64,000 bases of DNA from Psammoneis japonica (Eukaryota): NCBI GenBank assembly GCA_008632985.1, contig QPGO01000005.1, positions 1,013,607-1,077,606 on the forward strand, read 5' to 3'. The notes under the pieces are model-generated. The model was not told the DNA's origin, searched no databases, and saw only the letters and a program-made list of their open reading frames with translations. Below, one piece after another: positions 20,420 through 32,470 of this stretch (position 1 is its first letter; the number at the start of each line of letters is the position of its first letter). Position numbers and translations under genes: made by a program.

Positions 20420-22889
20420 TCATTTCTTTGTCTCCAGAGCCTTCAGATGACGGTTCACCTCTTTCAGCTCCACTTTTAACTTGTTCACCTCTTGGTGTGC
20501 CGCATCGGCTTGTGCCTGCGCCAACTTCGCTTCCGTCCCCGCACTCTTGGCCTTGTCGGTGAGGGTCACAACCGCGGCCTGCAAAGCTGTCACCACTTCA
20601 AATCCCGAATTGGTCGCGAGGAACTTGACATGCTCAGACGCCATCGAGGGGTGGTCCTTGAAGTTGTGCGCTGTGCATTCGGCCATTGCGTCCTGGGACC
20701 TGAACACCGCCCAAAGAATTTGACTGCACACCGCATCGGGATCCGTCCCAGCGATCGAAGTGAAAACCCCCGACCGAACCTGGTTGAGGTCATCGAAGAT
20801 GCGGTGTGCGAGTTTCGACGTTAAAGACCAAGCCTGTTTCTGAGAAAACTTGCTCAACTGCACAAGATTTTCGCAGGTCTCGTCCATGAACTGCATCAGG
20901 GCCCGTGCGAATGCCACGGACTTGGCAGAGCGTCTCGAACAACCTGGCTCTCAAAAGAACCGCTCGGGATCCTCTGGGAGATGTCATTTAGTGTGTTGTG
21001 TTCGATCGTGACGATCTTCTCCATGACAAAGTGTTCAGTGCCAGTGGACCCAGTCGTCCAATGGTCATGGGATGACACCTTGTCCAGGAAAGAGGGGTGT
21101 GGCCCGGGTGACTGAGCTCCTTTCGCTGACCCCGAGTCAAGGATCCTCGGCATGCTGCATTGGAAACTGGCGAGAGTTCGCACATCCTCCTCCACACTGA
21201 TCTTCAAGTCCATCCGTTTGGACAACCCAGCAAGGAAGTAATGCAACGCGGCCGCCTCGGTGCCCGTAATTTGGTCCAACAACAAATTGGCATCCGCAAG
21301 ACAGCCATGCGCTCTGGAGGAAAAATGCTGGACCATCCAGGCCTCGCACTCTGAAAATGACGAAACGCCTGCACCCGAGAATTTGATGGCTGAAGATTCC
21401 GATTTGGACTTCAGCTCATTGACCGCTTGGCTGAGGTCTCGGATTTGACGATCGAGTGTCCCAGAGGGCGAGACACCCGCTCCACTCACCCCGCTGCCGA
21501 AGCTGGCGACTCCTCCACCCAACGTAGCGGCGATCTCCAACCTCTGCACTTTTGCCACTAGTTGGTTGCAGACTCTTAGGGTCCCCGCCCTCAGAGAGTC
21601 CAGGTCGCGTTTAGGAGTGAGGCTGGAGAGCTGGGCCTGGACCCTTTGAAGAGCTGCAGTAAAACTTGACGCCAACCTGTTGGACCCGGCCCGAGCGCTG
21701 CTTTCCAAGCGGGCCATTTCAGTAGAAAAATCCCGAGGTTGAGCCAAACTCAGTGTCGACAGGTTGGCGAGCGTCCCCCAGATAGTTGGGGCTTCCACTC
21801 GCTGGTCGAGCTCCGCCGGAGGGGTGCCAAGAGTGGCACTGAGCTGTTCCAACTTCCAACTCAGCACATCAAGCACCAAGTCCGAGTCTTTGAACCTGGA
21901 GTGGGCTTTGTTTCCCAAGTCGACCAGAACTTGTCCCGTCTCCGACAAGTTTTGTTCGACCGACTGCACCACACGAGCTGGGGCCGCCGGGCTCTTCTTT
22001 GCTGCAAGAAATTGGGACGGGGCAGTGGCAATCGCCCGTTGGCAAGGGGAGAAGTGGCCAAACTGTGACCCCGGAAACAAATCGCTCCCAGGATCCTTGG
22101 TTTTCACTGGGGTTTTGTAGGCCGCAGCCTCCTTGCACTGCTTGAGAGACTCGCCAAACTGGTCCTCCGTCGGGAAGCGCGACTCACTGTTTCCCAGAGC
22201 TGGGAACTTCTGACGCCACCCCGCCAAGGTGTCCAACGCTGACTCCCACTTGACCAACACATCAGCAGAGACAAATGAGCCGTCAAGAGTGGGTTGGCAG
22301 AAAGCTGCATCCGGCGTCTTCAAGATGGACACCATGCCGTTCGGAGGCACTTGTTTCTTGGATCCCTTGTGTTTCACTTTGCAATCCGAGGCTTTCTTGA
22401 AACAAAATGTCGCACCACTCCCAATTGCACCAAGGCACCAGGTGGCATCGGTGCCCTCCATCCAGACGACACGAAAACGAGGAGCATCAGACGAAGGAGA
22501 CGTGCCTTCCTCCTTTGACGTGAACGCCCCTCGAGTTGCTCCCTCATCTCCCGGAGCAAAAAAGTCCACGCGCAGTGCGTGGGCCTGCACTCCGTCGGCT
22601 CGCGAAAGAAGGACATCAAAAGCCGAATCCGGGTTGGGGGAGTTGACCTCCCCCAACTCCGCGAGCTCAATGTCCGAGTGCCCAGCGTCGGTCATTCCAA
22701 GGTCCAAGCCCCCAAGGGAGGGGTTTGGGCCCTCAGTGCCCCCTGATGACCCACCCCAGAGGGTGGGGCCCGAGAAGCGGGCGACGGAGGAGAACGCGAC
22801 GAGAACGGAGAGACAACATCTGACTTGAGAGTGCGGGCAATGTTGACGAAGGCCTCGTCATCGACGCCGGAAGCAAAGAAGTCAGACAT
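20420..22889 (-). pseudogene. gag-like ORF1 of the YR retrotransposon (frameshifted)
   Basis: First frame after repeat A1; WCLGAIG...FC.K...CKVKH putative Zn motif; HNFKDHPSMASEHVKFL followed by a coiled coil. Confidence 0.75.
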
Positions 22890-22906
22890 GTTCGAGCGAG
22901 AGAGGG

Positions 22907-23142
22907 AGCAAAAAACAGCTTTTCCAATGCTTTGGTGTGGTCCAGTCACATTGATCAGAGTTCCTGTCTCAACAAAGATGGAAAAGTGGGGAAACAGGAT
23001 GCCGATGAGTTTGACCGGTCACAGAAACCGGTCATCTTGGCCCAGAGGTACCCTCCTCTGGAAGAGGCACATGTCGATGGACTAGCCAGATGAGAGGTCT
23101 TGCCTCGCACGGTTCGTCTCCATCTAAACTTGGGTACGAAGA
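22907..23142 (-). repeat. Split direct repeat A1 (5' terminus)
   Basis: Aligns with 14045-14280. Confidence 0.95.
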
Positions 23143-23361
23143 GGTTGTTGGATCTTTCCGTTCAACGGCTAACGGCTAGTGGAAAACCCGGGACTGAATC
23201 CCGGGTTTTTCGGGGCGCCCAGACCATACATCATAAACGATAGTGCGAAATTCGATGCCGACGTGGCACGTGGCGCGCCTCATAATTTTCATGAAGAAAA
23301 CCGCCGCAGACAATGAACCGCCGCTGGAGGAGAGAGCGATCCCAAAGGAAATCGAGATATC

Positions 23362-25097
23362 ATGTCTAATCTATGGGGTGAACTAATACCTATTTGGCCG
23401 AGGGTGTTTCTCGATCTCTTGGCATTGGCGTTTGAGGGATGCTGTTTGTACTTGACGTTTTCCAAGAACTTGGGCAATGATACAGCGGGATATGGATTTG
23501 CTTTCTTGCTTGCTGCCCTTCTTTTAACGGTGATAACATCTGGATCATTCACAAATCGATGGACCTTGACACTTCCTCTTATTCCGTTCTTGGTGGCACA
23601 ACTGATGCTGGTATGGATCGACTCAATGAACGACATGAGCGAAGGGAAACCTTTGGGTGTTCTTAGAATTGGTATTTGCGCATTTTCTGTGCTTGCCTTC
23701 TTGATGGGGGCCTTGCTCTCTTTGTTGTTCCCAGCAGTACAACTTCCAAAAGCTGATGGTCCGTACAATATGGGTGTTGTTGACTTGCATTTACCAGTAG
23801 ACAATGCCAAGCTTGGAAATGTGATTGCTCGCATAGTGTACCCCACCACTCAGAAACGACCAAAAGGCATTCCTTATTTGAATCCAAGCACTGCGATTGA
23901 ATTTTGCAAGGCAACAATGGAAATGGGCGCGCCGGATCACCTCAAGAAGCTCAGTTTTATGCTCCACAACTACAGACTGATTAACTTACCTTTGATTCGA
24001 AATGCAACGCCAATGGAAAAGCAGTTCCCGATTTGTATCTTTTCGCATGGCTTGGGTGGAACAAATTATATCTATTCATATCAAATCATGTCCCTTGTAT
24101 CTCATGGTTATATCGTTTTGAGTTTGGACCATACGGATGCAAGCGCCCCTATCGTCCAACGAAAGGATGGAACTCTCCTGTGGAGAGATGATACCGTCGG
24201 GAAGCTGCCGGAAATAGAATACGTTCGTAAGTGAGAAGTGGATTGATTGCACATTAGTTGTACTCGTCAGAGGATTGCTCAAACTCTCGCAACCTTTATC
24301 TGAAACAGGAAAACGAAGATCTCAAACGGATTTGCGAGTAGATGAAATGCTCGCTGCGGCAGTTGCCTTGCGAGGACTCAACAAGCGCAATATTCCAGAG
24401 CTTGAATCGTTGGGGGTTTCCTTTGTTGACAAGATGAATGTCGATAATGTTATCTTTATGGGACACTCATTTGGGGGGGCAACAGCAGTGTCCGCCGCAT
24501 GCCGACTACCGGTAGAGCTGAATGACGGAAAGGCTTCATTTACAATCGTGGCTCATGAGCCGGCCATGGATTGGGCTCCCGATAATGCACGAAAAGCACT
24601 ATTTCCGCCCCACAAGCTAAGGGATTCCTTCCATGAGTATAATGGTGGCACGGGTGGCTATCTGGAAGAAGAGGAAGATGAACCGGTCGATTTCAATGCA
24701 CCGGCGCCTAAAACCCCACTCGACAAGGTCAACATGCTATTTCTGTATTCTGATGAGTGGGCAAAACAGGTAGGTTGTGTTGGCTGTCACGTTCCTCTCG
24801 GCTATTCGAATTCAACTGATGCGTTCGCTGGGCCCCTTTTGTTCCATGTAGAATTGGGGTGGATCTCATTTAATCCAATGCATGCATCGCCGTGGACAAT
24901 TAATGCATACGCATTGTGAAGTCGGAATCATTGCAAAATCTAAGCACAATGAGTTTAGCGATATCAACATGCTCACGCCTCTGTGGCTGGCACGCAGTGA
25001 GGGATTGACTGGGCCGCGTAACCCTGTAGACACTGCTCATGAAATAGCGGCAAGGACACAATCCTTTTTACAAACAGTCTTCAGCGCGAAGGAGTAG
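23362..25097 (+). CDS. PAF-acetylhydrolase-like alpha/beta hydrolase with N-terminal TM helices, 3 exons
   Basis: FSHGLGG, SHGYIVLSLDHTD, GHSFGGAT, H..FSD; introns 24227-24308 and 24770-24851 restore the frame. Confidence 0.85.
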
Positions 25098-26085
25098 CCA
25101 CCATTTTAGAGAGTCGGTCTGCGCTATCTGCTCTCCCTCTCTTCAGAGAGACCACTGTAGAATAATTAGATAAGAAGGAAACCCACCTGTCTTGCGTGTC
25201 TGGCTGCCGACCTTGGCAACACTACTACTCTAGCTAGAGAGCTCTACAGGGTAGAGGACTCGGAAGTGGTCTATTAAATACCGATATTCAAGAACTGACT
25301 CGTGATGGATAGGCCAGGTACCGGTATTTTTTGGATGAAGCCTCTACTAGCTATAGTTATGGTGATTGGCGATAACGAGATGTACTAAGGACAAGGACCT
25401 ATTTGACCGAAAAGCTACATCAATAAAATAGTTCTATACATTTATTCTAGACGCCACGGAATCTTTTCCTTAGTTCATTGCCATAGAGAGGAGCCGCTAT
25501 CCTTCCTGGCGCATAAACAAAGCCATTCCGTGACGCCAATACTTACCTTATTATTTCCATTCTTCCACAATTCGTTCTCCGCGTCCGAAATAAGTAAGGG
25601 TTTGGTTCATTGACTACCGCGGGTCTTGAGCAAATACAGAGTCGTCGTTTCGCATTGAAGCACCAATCATGCCTGGTACACATTTTGTTTCGGAAAACAT
25701 AAGTCGCGGGGCGGGACCCACTGTTACTTGAACCTTGGTACTTCAACAAAGACTGACTGCCGCGCATCGTTTCAAGTCGGGTGGTCGAACCGGGGTATAA
25801 AGGGTGTATTTCTATGTTGACAAAATGAAGAGAAAAAGCAACGTCAGTAAGCATGTCTCGAACGAAAAGAAAAATAGGGACAAAATTGACTTACGTTGGG
25901 GGTGCATTCGAATGTAACGTAACACAACGAATGTACCCCATGGTATTGTGAATCGCACGACAAACTCGTGCAAAGTTGGCGAGTCTTTGATGCGCACAAA
26001 AGCGGTATTGTACCATGAACTGGAATCGACAGATGCCCCCATGCATGCTCGATTTTCCAGGGTACAAAACAAGCAGTCAATAAGT

Positions 26086-27396
26086 CTAGCGGCGACTCAT
26101 GATCCTTGCGGATCTACGCACAACACGCCCAGTGTTAGACGAAAGAAAGACACTGCCAGCGGCTTGACGGAGCCTAGGCGAGCGTCTTAATGGGACAGTG
26201 TGGGCTTGCTTTTCTTTGTTTCTCACAAGCACAGCATCGGGAACAACATCCTCCTCTGCCACTGGATTGTTGTCAGCAGCCATATCCTGGACGTCGAAAG
26301 TATCGTCAGGCTCCTCAGCTACAACTCCAAGAACGACTCCCTCGTCATCGTGTGCAGCAATCGCAGGATCGTCCACAGCAGGTTCCTCAACGTCAGCAAT
26401 GGGAACACCCACCTCCGCATCGACTGTAGCGTCGTCAACAGCCACCGCAGGAGCCACATCCTGAACGTCGAATGTATCGTCAGGCTCGTCGGCTACAGTT
26501 CCAAGAACAACTTCCTCGTCGTGTGCAGCAATTGCAGGATCGTCCGTGGGGTCAACAACAGCAGGTTCCTCAACATCAGCAACGGGAACGCCCACCTCCA
26601 CATCGATTGGAGCGTCGTCAATAGCCACAGCAGGCTCGTTCAAGGCATCCTCAGCACCAGGAACTACTTCCTCCACCGCGGTAGGATTGTTGTCCATAGC
26701 ATTAGCCGGTTCAATCGCCGCTTGAGTCCGTACCCATCCACGCCAGTGATCATATGGTGGGTGCGATTGACACTCACGAATGTATTGGTTCTGTTTCCCT
26801 TCAAACTCAAGCAGAGCTGCAGTCAACCTCTGACCATCCAACAAAGGTATCACACGAGTGTATCGAGGGGTCCGAAGTACTCGTCGAGCAGCCACGCCGG
26901 TTGGGACTGGAGGGGCGTCACCACGGTAAACGTCTCGAAGCATCATTCGGTCCGGTCTCCATCTGATCCGACCGCGACCAAATAGTTTGCGCTTCAAAAG
27001 CAGCAGCCATGGGAACACAAACCGCAAGGGGACATATATGGCATGGTACATGGTCCATACAATCAATGCAACCGCGAGAGTAGCCACAACAGCATCGCAC
27101 GCTCGATCCCAAAGAAGAGTGGTAAGGTCGTCGATTTCCATAATCCGGTAGTACAAGAAATAGACCTTATTACCAATCAACTTCAACGAGGAGTGTATGA
27201 ATATCCCAGCATACAAGGCGAGGAGAGCTTTCCAGATCGCAACGACAACGGGCACGAGAGCGTGAATCGTGCAGCGAATCTTGTCCCACGCTTCCGAAAG
27301 GAAACCGCCAACGATTCGGCCGCGGTTCTGCTTACCGTGAAATAAGCGTAGCACGAGATTGATAAATTGAATGAGTAGTGCAATGTATGCAATCAT
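26086..27396 (-). CDS. Hypothetical membrane protein with acidic internal repeats and LRRSPRL/RRSAR tail
   Basis: 436-aa ORF; hydrophobic N-terminus; duplicated VEEPAV..DPAIAAHD..VVLG..EPDDTFDVQD units. Confidence 0.55.
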   Translation of the reverse strand: MIAYIALLIQFINLVLRLFHGKQNRGRIVGGFLSEAWDKIRCTIHALVPVVVAIWKALLALYAGIFIHSSLKLIGNKVYFLYYRIMEIDDLTTLLWDRACDAVVATLAVALIVWTMYHAIYVPLRFVFPWLLLLKRKLFGRGRIRWRPDRMMLRDVYRGDAPPVPTGVAARRVLRTPRYTRVIPLLDGQRLTAALLEFEGKQNQYIRECQSHPPYDHWRGWVRTQAAIEPANAMDNNPTAVEEVVPGAEDALNEPAVAIDDAPIDVEVGVPVADVEEPAVVDPTDDPAIAAHDEEVVLGTVADEPDDTFDVQDVAPAVAVDDATVDAEVGVPIADVEEPAVDDPAIAAHDDEGVVLGVVAEEPDDTFDVQDMAADNNPVAEEDVVPDAVLVRNKEKQAHTVPLRRSPRLRQAAGSVFLSSNTGRVVRRSARIMSRR

Positions 27397-29519
27397 AATG
27401 GGGGTAGTAGTATCAATAAAGATAGATTGGTATCAGAGTGTTTCAATGCAATCAAAACTTGAAATGTGTGACGGTGAGCGTGACGGTCGCTCGTTGTTGC
27501 GGTTTCAGGTTGGCCCATTCGTGAATGCGTAGAAACTGTACCAGAGAAGCCCGTAGAAAATCCGACGCAGTCTCTCACGATTTTCGAATTTCGCTGGATG
27601 TTGGCACGTTTGCATTCGGTTAGTCGTAGGCTTCTTGGTAGGAACAATCAGAGACCGAGACTGACGATGGATGTATTCATAATGAATATTATCTATTTTA
27701 GAGCCATTCTCTATAATGATATTCCGTGTTACTTCGACAGAGCCCATTGTACTTCTACGCTTCAAACATTCGAACGCACTTTACAACGGTCGTCAGTCAA
27801 AAAGTAGCCTGCAGCTTATCGTGCTTGCTCTGCGGCACGTCAGGCCTCAAATTTGTTGAACAACCCTCTTGACGAGAAATGGTGAGCTGATAAGACTGCC
27901 CACTCTCTGTCCCCAACATTGAGGAATAGCCTCGATCCGGCCCACAATGATGTCGGTTGTGATAAATTCGAACGCGTCAACTCCGTTCATATTGAAGGCT
28001 TGTTGCCGAGACTTGTACCCATTTCACCGTTTTCATCGTAGCCACAGCGCCAATGGAGCGTGCGGCGTGTATCAAAACAATATAAATTCACTTTTGAAAC
28101 AAACGAGCAAGGAGGATGCTTCAATACGCCCTAATCCCACCACGTACAATACTTGGCATGCCTTCCTCCGCATGAGCTTAACAATACTCACAGTAAATAA
28201 AACTACCATGCACCCAGGAATATTCAAAGAAGAGATGATCATATTGTGATAGTATTCGCTTGCACGAAACTCCAACCGGCCTCTAACTGGAGCGCAAGTG
28301 TCGGTTTCCGCCAGATGACCCATTGAGAATTCAAACAGCGCCACATTGATAGAATCACTTTTATCCATGCTCAAACTCAGCAAAGTCGGAATGATGAATC
28401 CAAAGGTATTAAGCTTCATTGTTTCAACAAGCTCGTATTGAACAAAGCCTAGTCAGTCAACTGATCTCTCCCTCCTATTGCAAATGGATGTGAAAAGCTC
28501 CCGGAGCAAGGCTAGAAGAACAAATCGAGTCCACACAGCGGCTGGGAAGAAAAAGGAGGTTGCGCCACGTGGTACAATGCAGAGAAGACTGCTCGTATTT
28601 TGTATGATAAATCGCCCTTGTATTGTCGGAAGTTGTAAGTTGTGACCAATAAATGGGGAGGCCGCCATTTCGTTCGGCAAGCAGTGCTCGTCGTACCGTA
28701 ATGTCAATCACACTGGAGCCCATGTCCCCTCTACCGTACTTGCGAAGCGGGGTCAGTCTCGAGACAACATGTTTTTGATATGATGATTTCACAGCATTCT
28801 CTTCTTCGTAAGCAACGGGTAGCAATCAAGGGTGTGATAGGTACCATTTGATAGCAGATAAAAAAATACAGACCCCTGTGCTGCTAAACTCCGGAAGCTA
28901 GCAAAGAATGGTTGGAGTTTTACCATCAATGGTACGAACGATCGAAAACTGGCGTCATATATCACATAACGTTCAGTGAGGAATTTGTCGGGATGAGTTT
29001 TTCAAAGAAAGAACAACAGCTTCCTCTTGCCACTGACTTGTCCATCCGTCTATCCGTCAGCACCTTGTACAATTACCTGCCATTCTCTGGCAACTTTGGT
29101 TGCGGAAGCTCCTCTGACGCAGCAACAATTGCGGCTCTTTGTACGCTTTTGACGACATTGTTGCGCGTTCGGGGCTCTGGAGAAGCCCAACGAATCATCA
29201 CGGAAACATCACTCAAAGACTTGGACGAGCTTGTGAGAAGGAGGCTCCCGACAAATGCAAGGGCAGGTCAAGAATCAGGGCCAACAGCAACTGGGTGGCA
29301 GCCATGTCCTTCAGCATGGGCGGGTGAAGCGGCGATGTGAGTGATGTGTACCACGGTTCAACGCAGCCACCGCCGCCCATCGCCGCAATCGAAATCGCGG
29401 TGAAAAAATGAGGATGACGTCGCGATTTTTGGCGGGAGGAATGTCCGTCCTTCGCCACTGTGCCGTCGGTCAATCCAGATTGCGCTGACAGAACATAGGA
29501 AAACGCCAAATGCTTTTAG

Positions 29520-32470
29520 CAGGATGCATTGTTCCATGGACACACACTCTCTGGCATGGCAAGAATGAGTTGTTTGCACCCCCCTTGGAGCTGAGGCTGT
29601 CATCCCATGGCAAGACCAATGCCTGCATTGCCCAATGTGGGTTCCACCAGAGTCATTTCGCACAGTTCAGTGTCGCCACACTTTTTAGCTTCAACAACAA
29701 TGGAATGGGAAATGTGACCCTTGAAGCAATTGGTGGGGTTCTTGGAGACTCCAAAAGCTTGGCAACAATTTCAGCATTGCAATGTGGCATGTTTCTGACA
29801 GCTTCAGTCTTGCAAAGTTTTGTGGGTTGGCACACTGCACAACTGCTTGAGAAATGGCAGTCTCATCCAAGCCCTTTTCATTTTGTTTCCATCTGTTTTG
29901 CACTCAGGATAAATTGCAAAGGAGGAGCAGATGTGCCACTCTTGCACAAGAGCTGCATTGGACCAGCAGTTTCCAATGGCATGTTTCTTCTCATTCTCTT
30001 CCTCTGAAGTCTGCTGTGTGCTTCAACTCACTTGCATGTTTGCTTGAGCGATGTGCTTTTGTTTTTAACCAGAGTTGACTGCAGGTCTTTTGCATGTCTT
30101 GCTGGAAACCACACAGCCATTTTTAGCCTGAAAACAAAAGATTCTGAGTGCCCACTTGTTTGACTGGTGCAAGTTGTCAAAGCAGAGCATTGCTGCAAGC
30201 ACTGAATTGTCCCTCAAAAGTGGCAGCACAAGCCCAATGAGCACTCCCAAGAATGATGCTGAGGAGCAAGCTCTGCTCACTGGTGATGACCAAAATGACC
30301 CAACACATGTTGCACAAAAATTGAGTTTTCCATTGTGAGTTTCTTTGCACTCGTGCACACATTGCATCATGTGGAAATGCAGCCCTCATCTTTGGGCTTG
30401 AAAGGTGAGTGTTGTCATGGGTGTGGAAGCAGCTGAGTTGTTGGGAGTTGAGAGCTGTGCCACACACTTTCACAGAAACTTCCAAAGATTTTCCTCTGCA
30501 TCAACATGCCAGAGCGGTTGAGTCAGGTGTAGAAAGCTGCTGGGTGGCAACTTTCATGATGCACTCCACTCGTCAATCTCAAATCTTGACACCAGATTTG
30601 CTCTTGTCCAGTTGCAACAAGATTTCCCTGCACACCCATTGGGTGCCTCTGAATGTGTGGGTGTCCCATGTGAGTTGGTTGTCAACTTTGAAGGTGACCC
30701 TGCAACCATGTCTTCTGCCACATCAGAGATGGAGGCAACTGGCAGACCTGAGAACAAGGTCTTTTTCCTTGTAGAAGCTGCAAATGTCATCTTGTTGTGG
30801 GCAGATGCTCCATTTCATCCTCCCAAAAATGAGCACTCCTGTCGCCCCCATTTTTGCACATGTGGCCAAGGAAGTCTTCTTCATGCAAGATGCTGAATGC
30901 CCCCCCAGTGACTTGCCATTGTCATTCTTTTGTTGTTTTTTCAAGGAACAACAGAGCTGATGTCCTCAGGGACTTGGCAGAACTTTCTCTTCATGCAGGT
31001 GCTGTTGGGCAGCCCAAATGCAGTGTTGACTGTGATGTTCCTCTTCCTGGTGACAATGTGGCATGGAGAGTTCCTGGTCAGGGAATCCCAAAAAACATTG
31101 ATTTTTGCATCTGTCACACTGTGCATCATTTTTTGTTGGCCATCAAATGTGTTGCCTGCACTGCTCATTCAAGGAGAAATTTTAGAGTCATGTGCAGGCA
31201 CCCTCACTTTGAGTGTGGGAGCAGTGTCAGACAGCCAACACCCACACCTGGGCGCTGCTCAAATTGGCACTGAGTGATTTTGTCAATGACAACATTTTTC
31301 TCCCTGCTGGCTGGTTGTTGTGCACAGATGAGAGCTTTTGAGCATCTGTGCCATTTGAGGCTAAAGCCCCAATGTTGGCTTTGTGTGCCATGAAAGCAAA
31401 TGATGGAACAGCAAGCAGCTGGGAGGGCAGCAGAGCAAGGGTTTTGTTGAGCACTAAATGTTGTGTCAAATCCCTCACTGCTCTCTTGCCAGATCTGGCA
31501 ATTGTCTTGCTTGCTCACAATCAAAGCATCTGCAACTCACAGAAAAATTGTGCTCTCAAGGAGATTGTGAAAAAAGCAGATCAAGTGCACTTTGCAGCCC
31601 TTTTGCATGATGCAGTCCATTTCTTGGGCTGCTCATTGCACTTCTTCAGGTCTGAGTCTGCGAGCTCTTGCAGCCCATGTCCTCCCAAATGCAACTCACA
31701 AAATTCACAATGCCCACAGCTTTTTCTTCAGCCTGATTTGCAAAAATGCACTCATCCAAGATCTGGCACTTGACCTTCTTTCCTGAGAGTCACTTGCCTG
31801 CTTTTGTGACATTTCGCTGGCTTTCTCCAAAAATGTCTGTTGCATGTTTGCCGCCATTTGTTTGTGCCACAAATCTGTCTCCCAAGAGCTTGGTCAACTC
31901 TTGCATGATGCCCACACCTCTCAAACTGAGTCAGGCAATGTGCGGTTGTCAGCAGAAGAAATGGTTTGATGTCTGGGACTGCACACTTTGCTGTGCTCAA
32001 CTTCAAGCAAGTCTACAAACCCGTGCCAGTGGCTTCCTTCTTCCGCCACCAGATCTTGTGTTGTCTTCCTCTTGTTGCTCTGCTTTTTGTCCCACATCAT
32101 TTTGGGCAATGCACTCTTTTTTTGTTTGTCAGCCAGAGACTTGTGTGAGCGAGTGTGCACACCAGCCAAGGAGCCCCGTGCAACTCTTCGCGCGCAGCTT
32201 CTGAGCACTCACCAAAAAAATGGCTGGGTGGCAAATTGATGGGAAAGCTCTAAAATGTGACACTCATGATCATGTCAGTGTGGTCTTACCTGGGCTCCAT
32301 GCCCCAACCTTGCTGTGTGCCATCAAGAGCTCCTGCGTGTGCTGAAGGAAGAGGAGCGAAAGCAGAGGAGTGTGGTGCGCTGCTGTGCCGCAGGAGAGGG
32401 GGGCGGCTGTGGAGGTTGGCAGAGGCGGCAAAGAAATCTTGGAGTTCCAGGTTGCGAAACTGAATGGTGG
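29520..32470. mobile_element. Unclassified TpA/CpG-depleted degenerate block
   Basis: Near-absence of TA, excess of TG/CA, many short Cys/His-rich ORFs; no family recognised. Confidence 0.45.

Larger units (their letters stand above)
13585..23142 (-). mobile_element. Tyrosine-recombinase retrotransposon (DIRS order) with Ngaro/PAT-type split direct repeats A1-gag-pol-YR-B1-A2-B2
   Basis: A1 22907-23142 matches A2 14045-14280 (236 bp); B1 14282-14723 matches B2 13585-14026 (442 bp); internal gag, RT/RNase H and YR frames; no TSD seen. Confidence 0.92.
10378..23226 (-). mobile_element. piggyBac-like DNA transposon (degenerate), interrupted by a YR retrotransposon at 13585-23142
   Basis: Transposase remnant 13377-10625; imperfect inverted ends 10378-10420 vs 23181-23226; CCCGGGA(C/T)T(G/C)A(A/G)TCCC-like motifs near both ends (10396, 10451, 13438, 23187). 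Confidence 0.65.

Noticed and set aside
8700..23100. Dense overlapping Cys/His-rich ORFs in all six frames (also in the other TA-poor blocks)
   Set aside because: Loss of TpA removes TAA/TAG stops, so spurious ORFs lengthen; not treated as genes or Zn-finger proteins.
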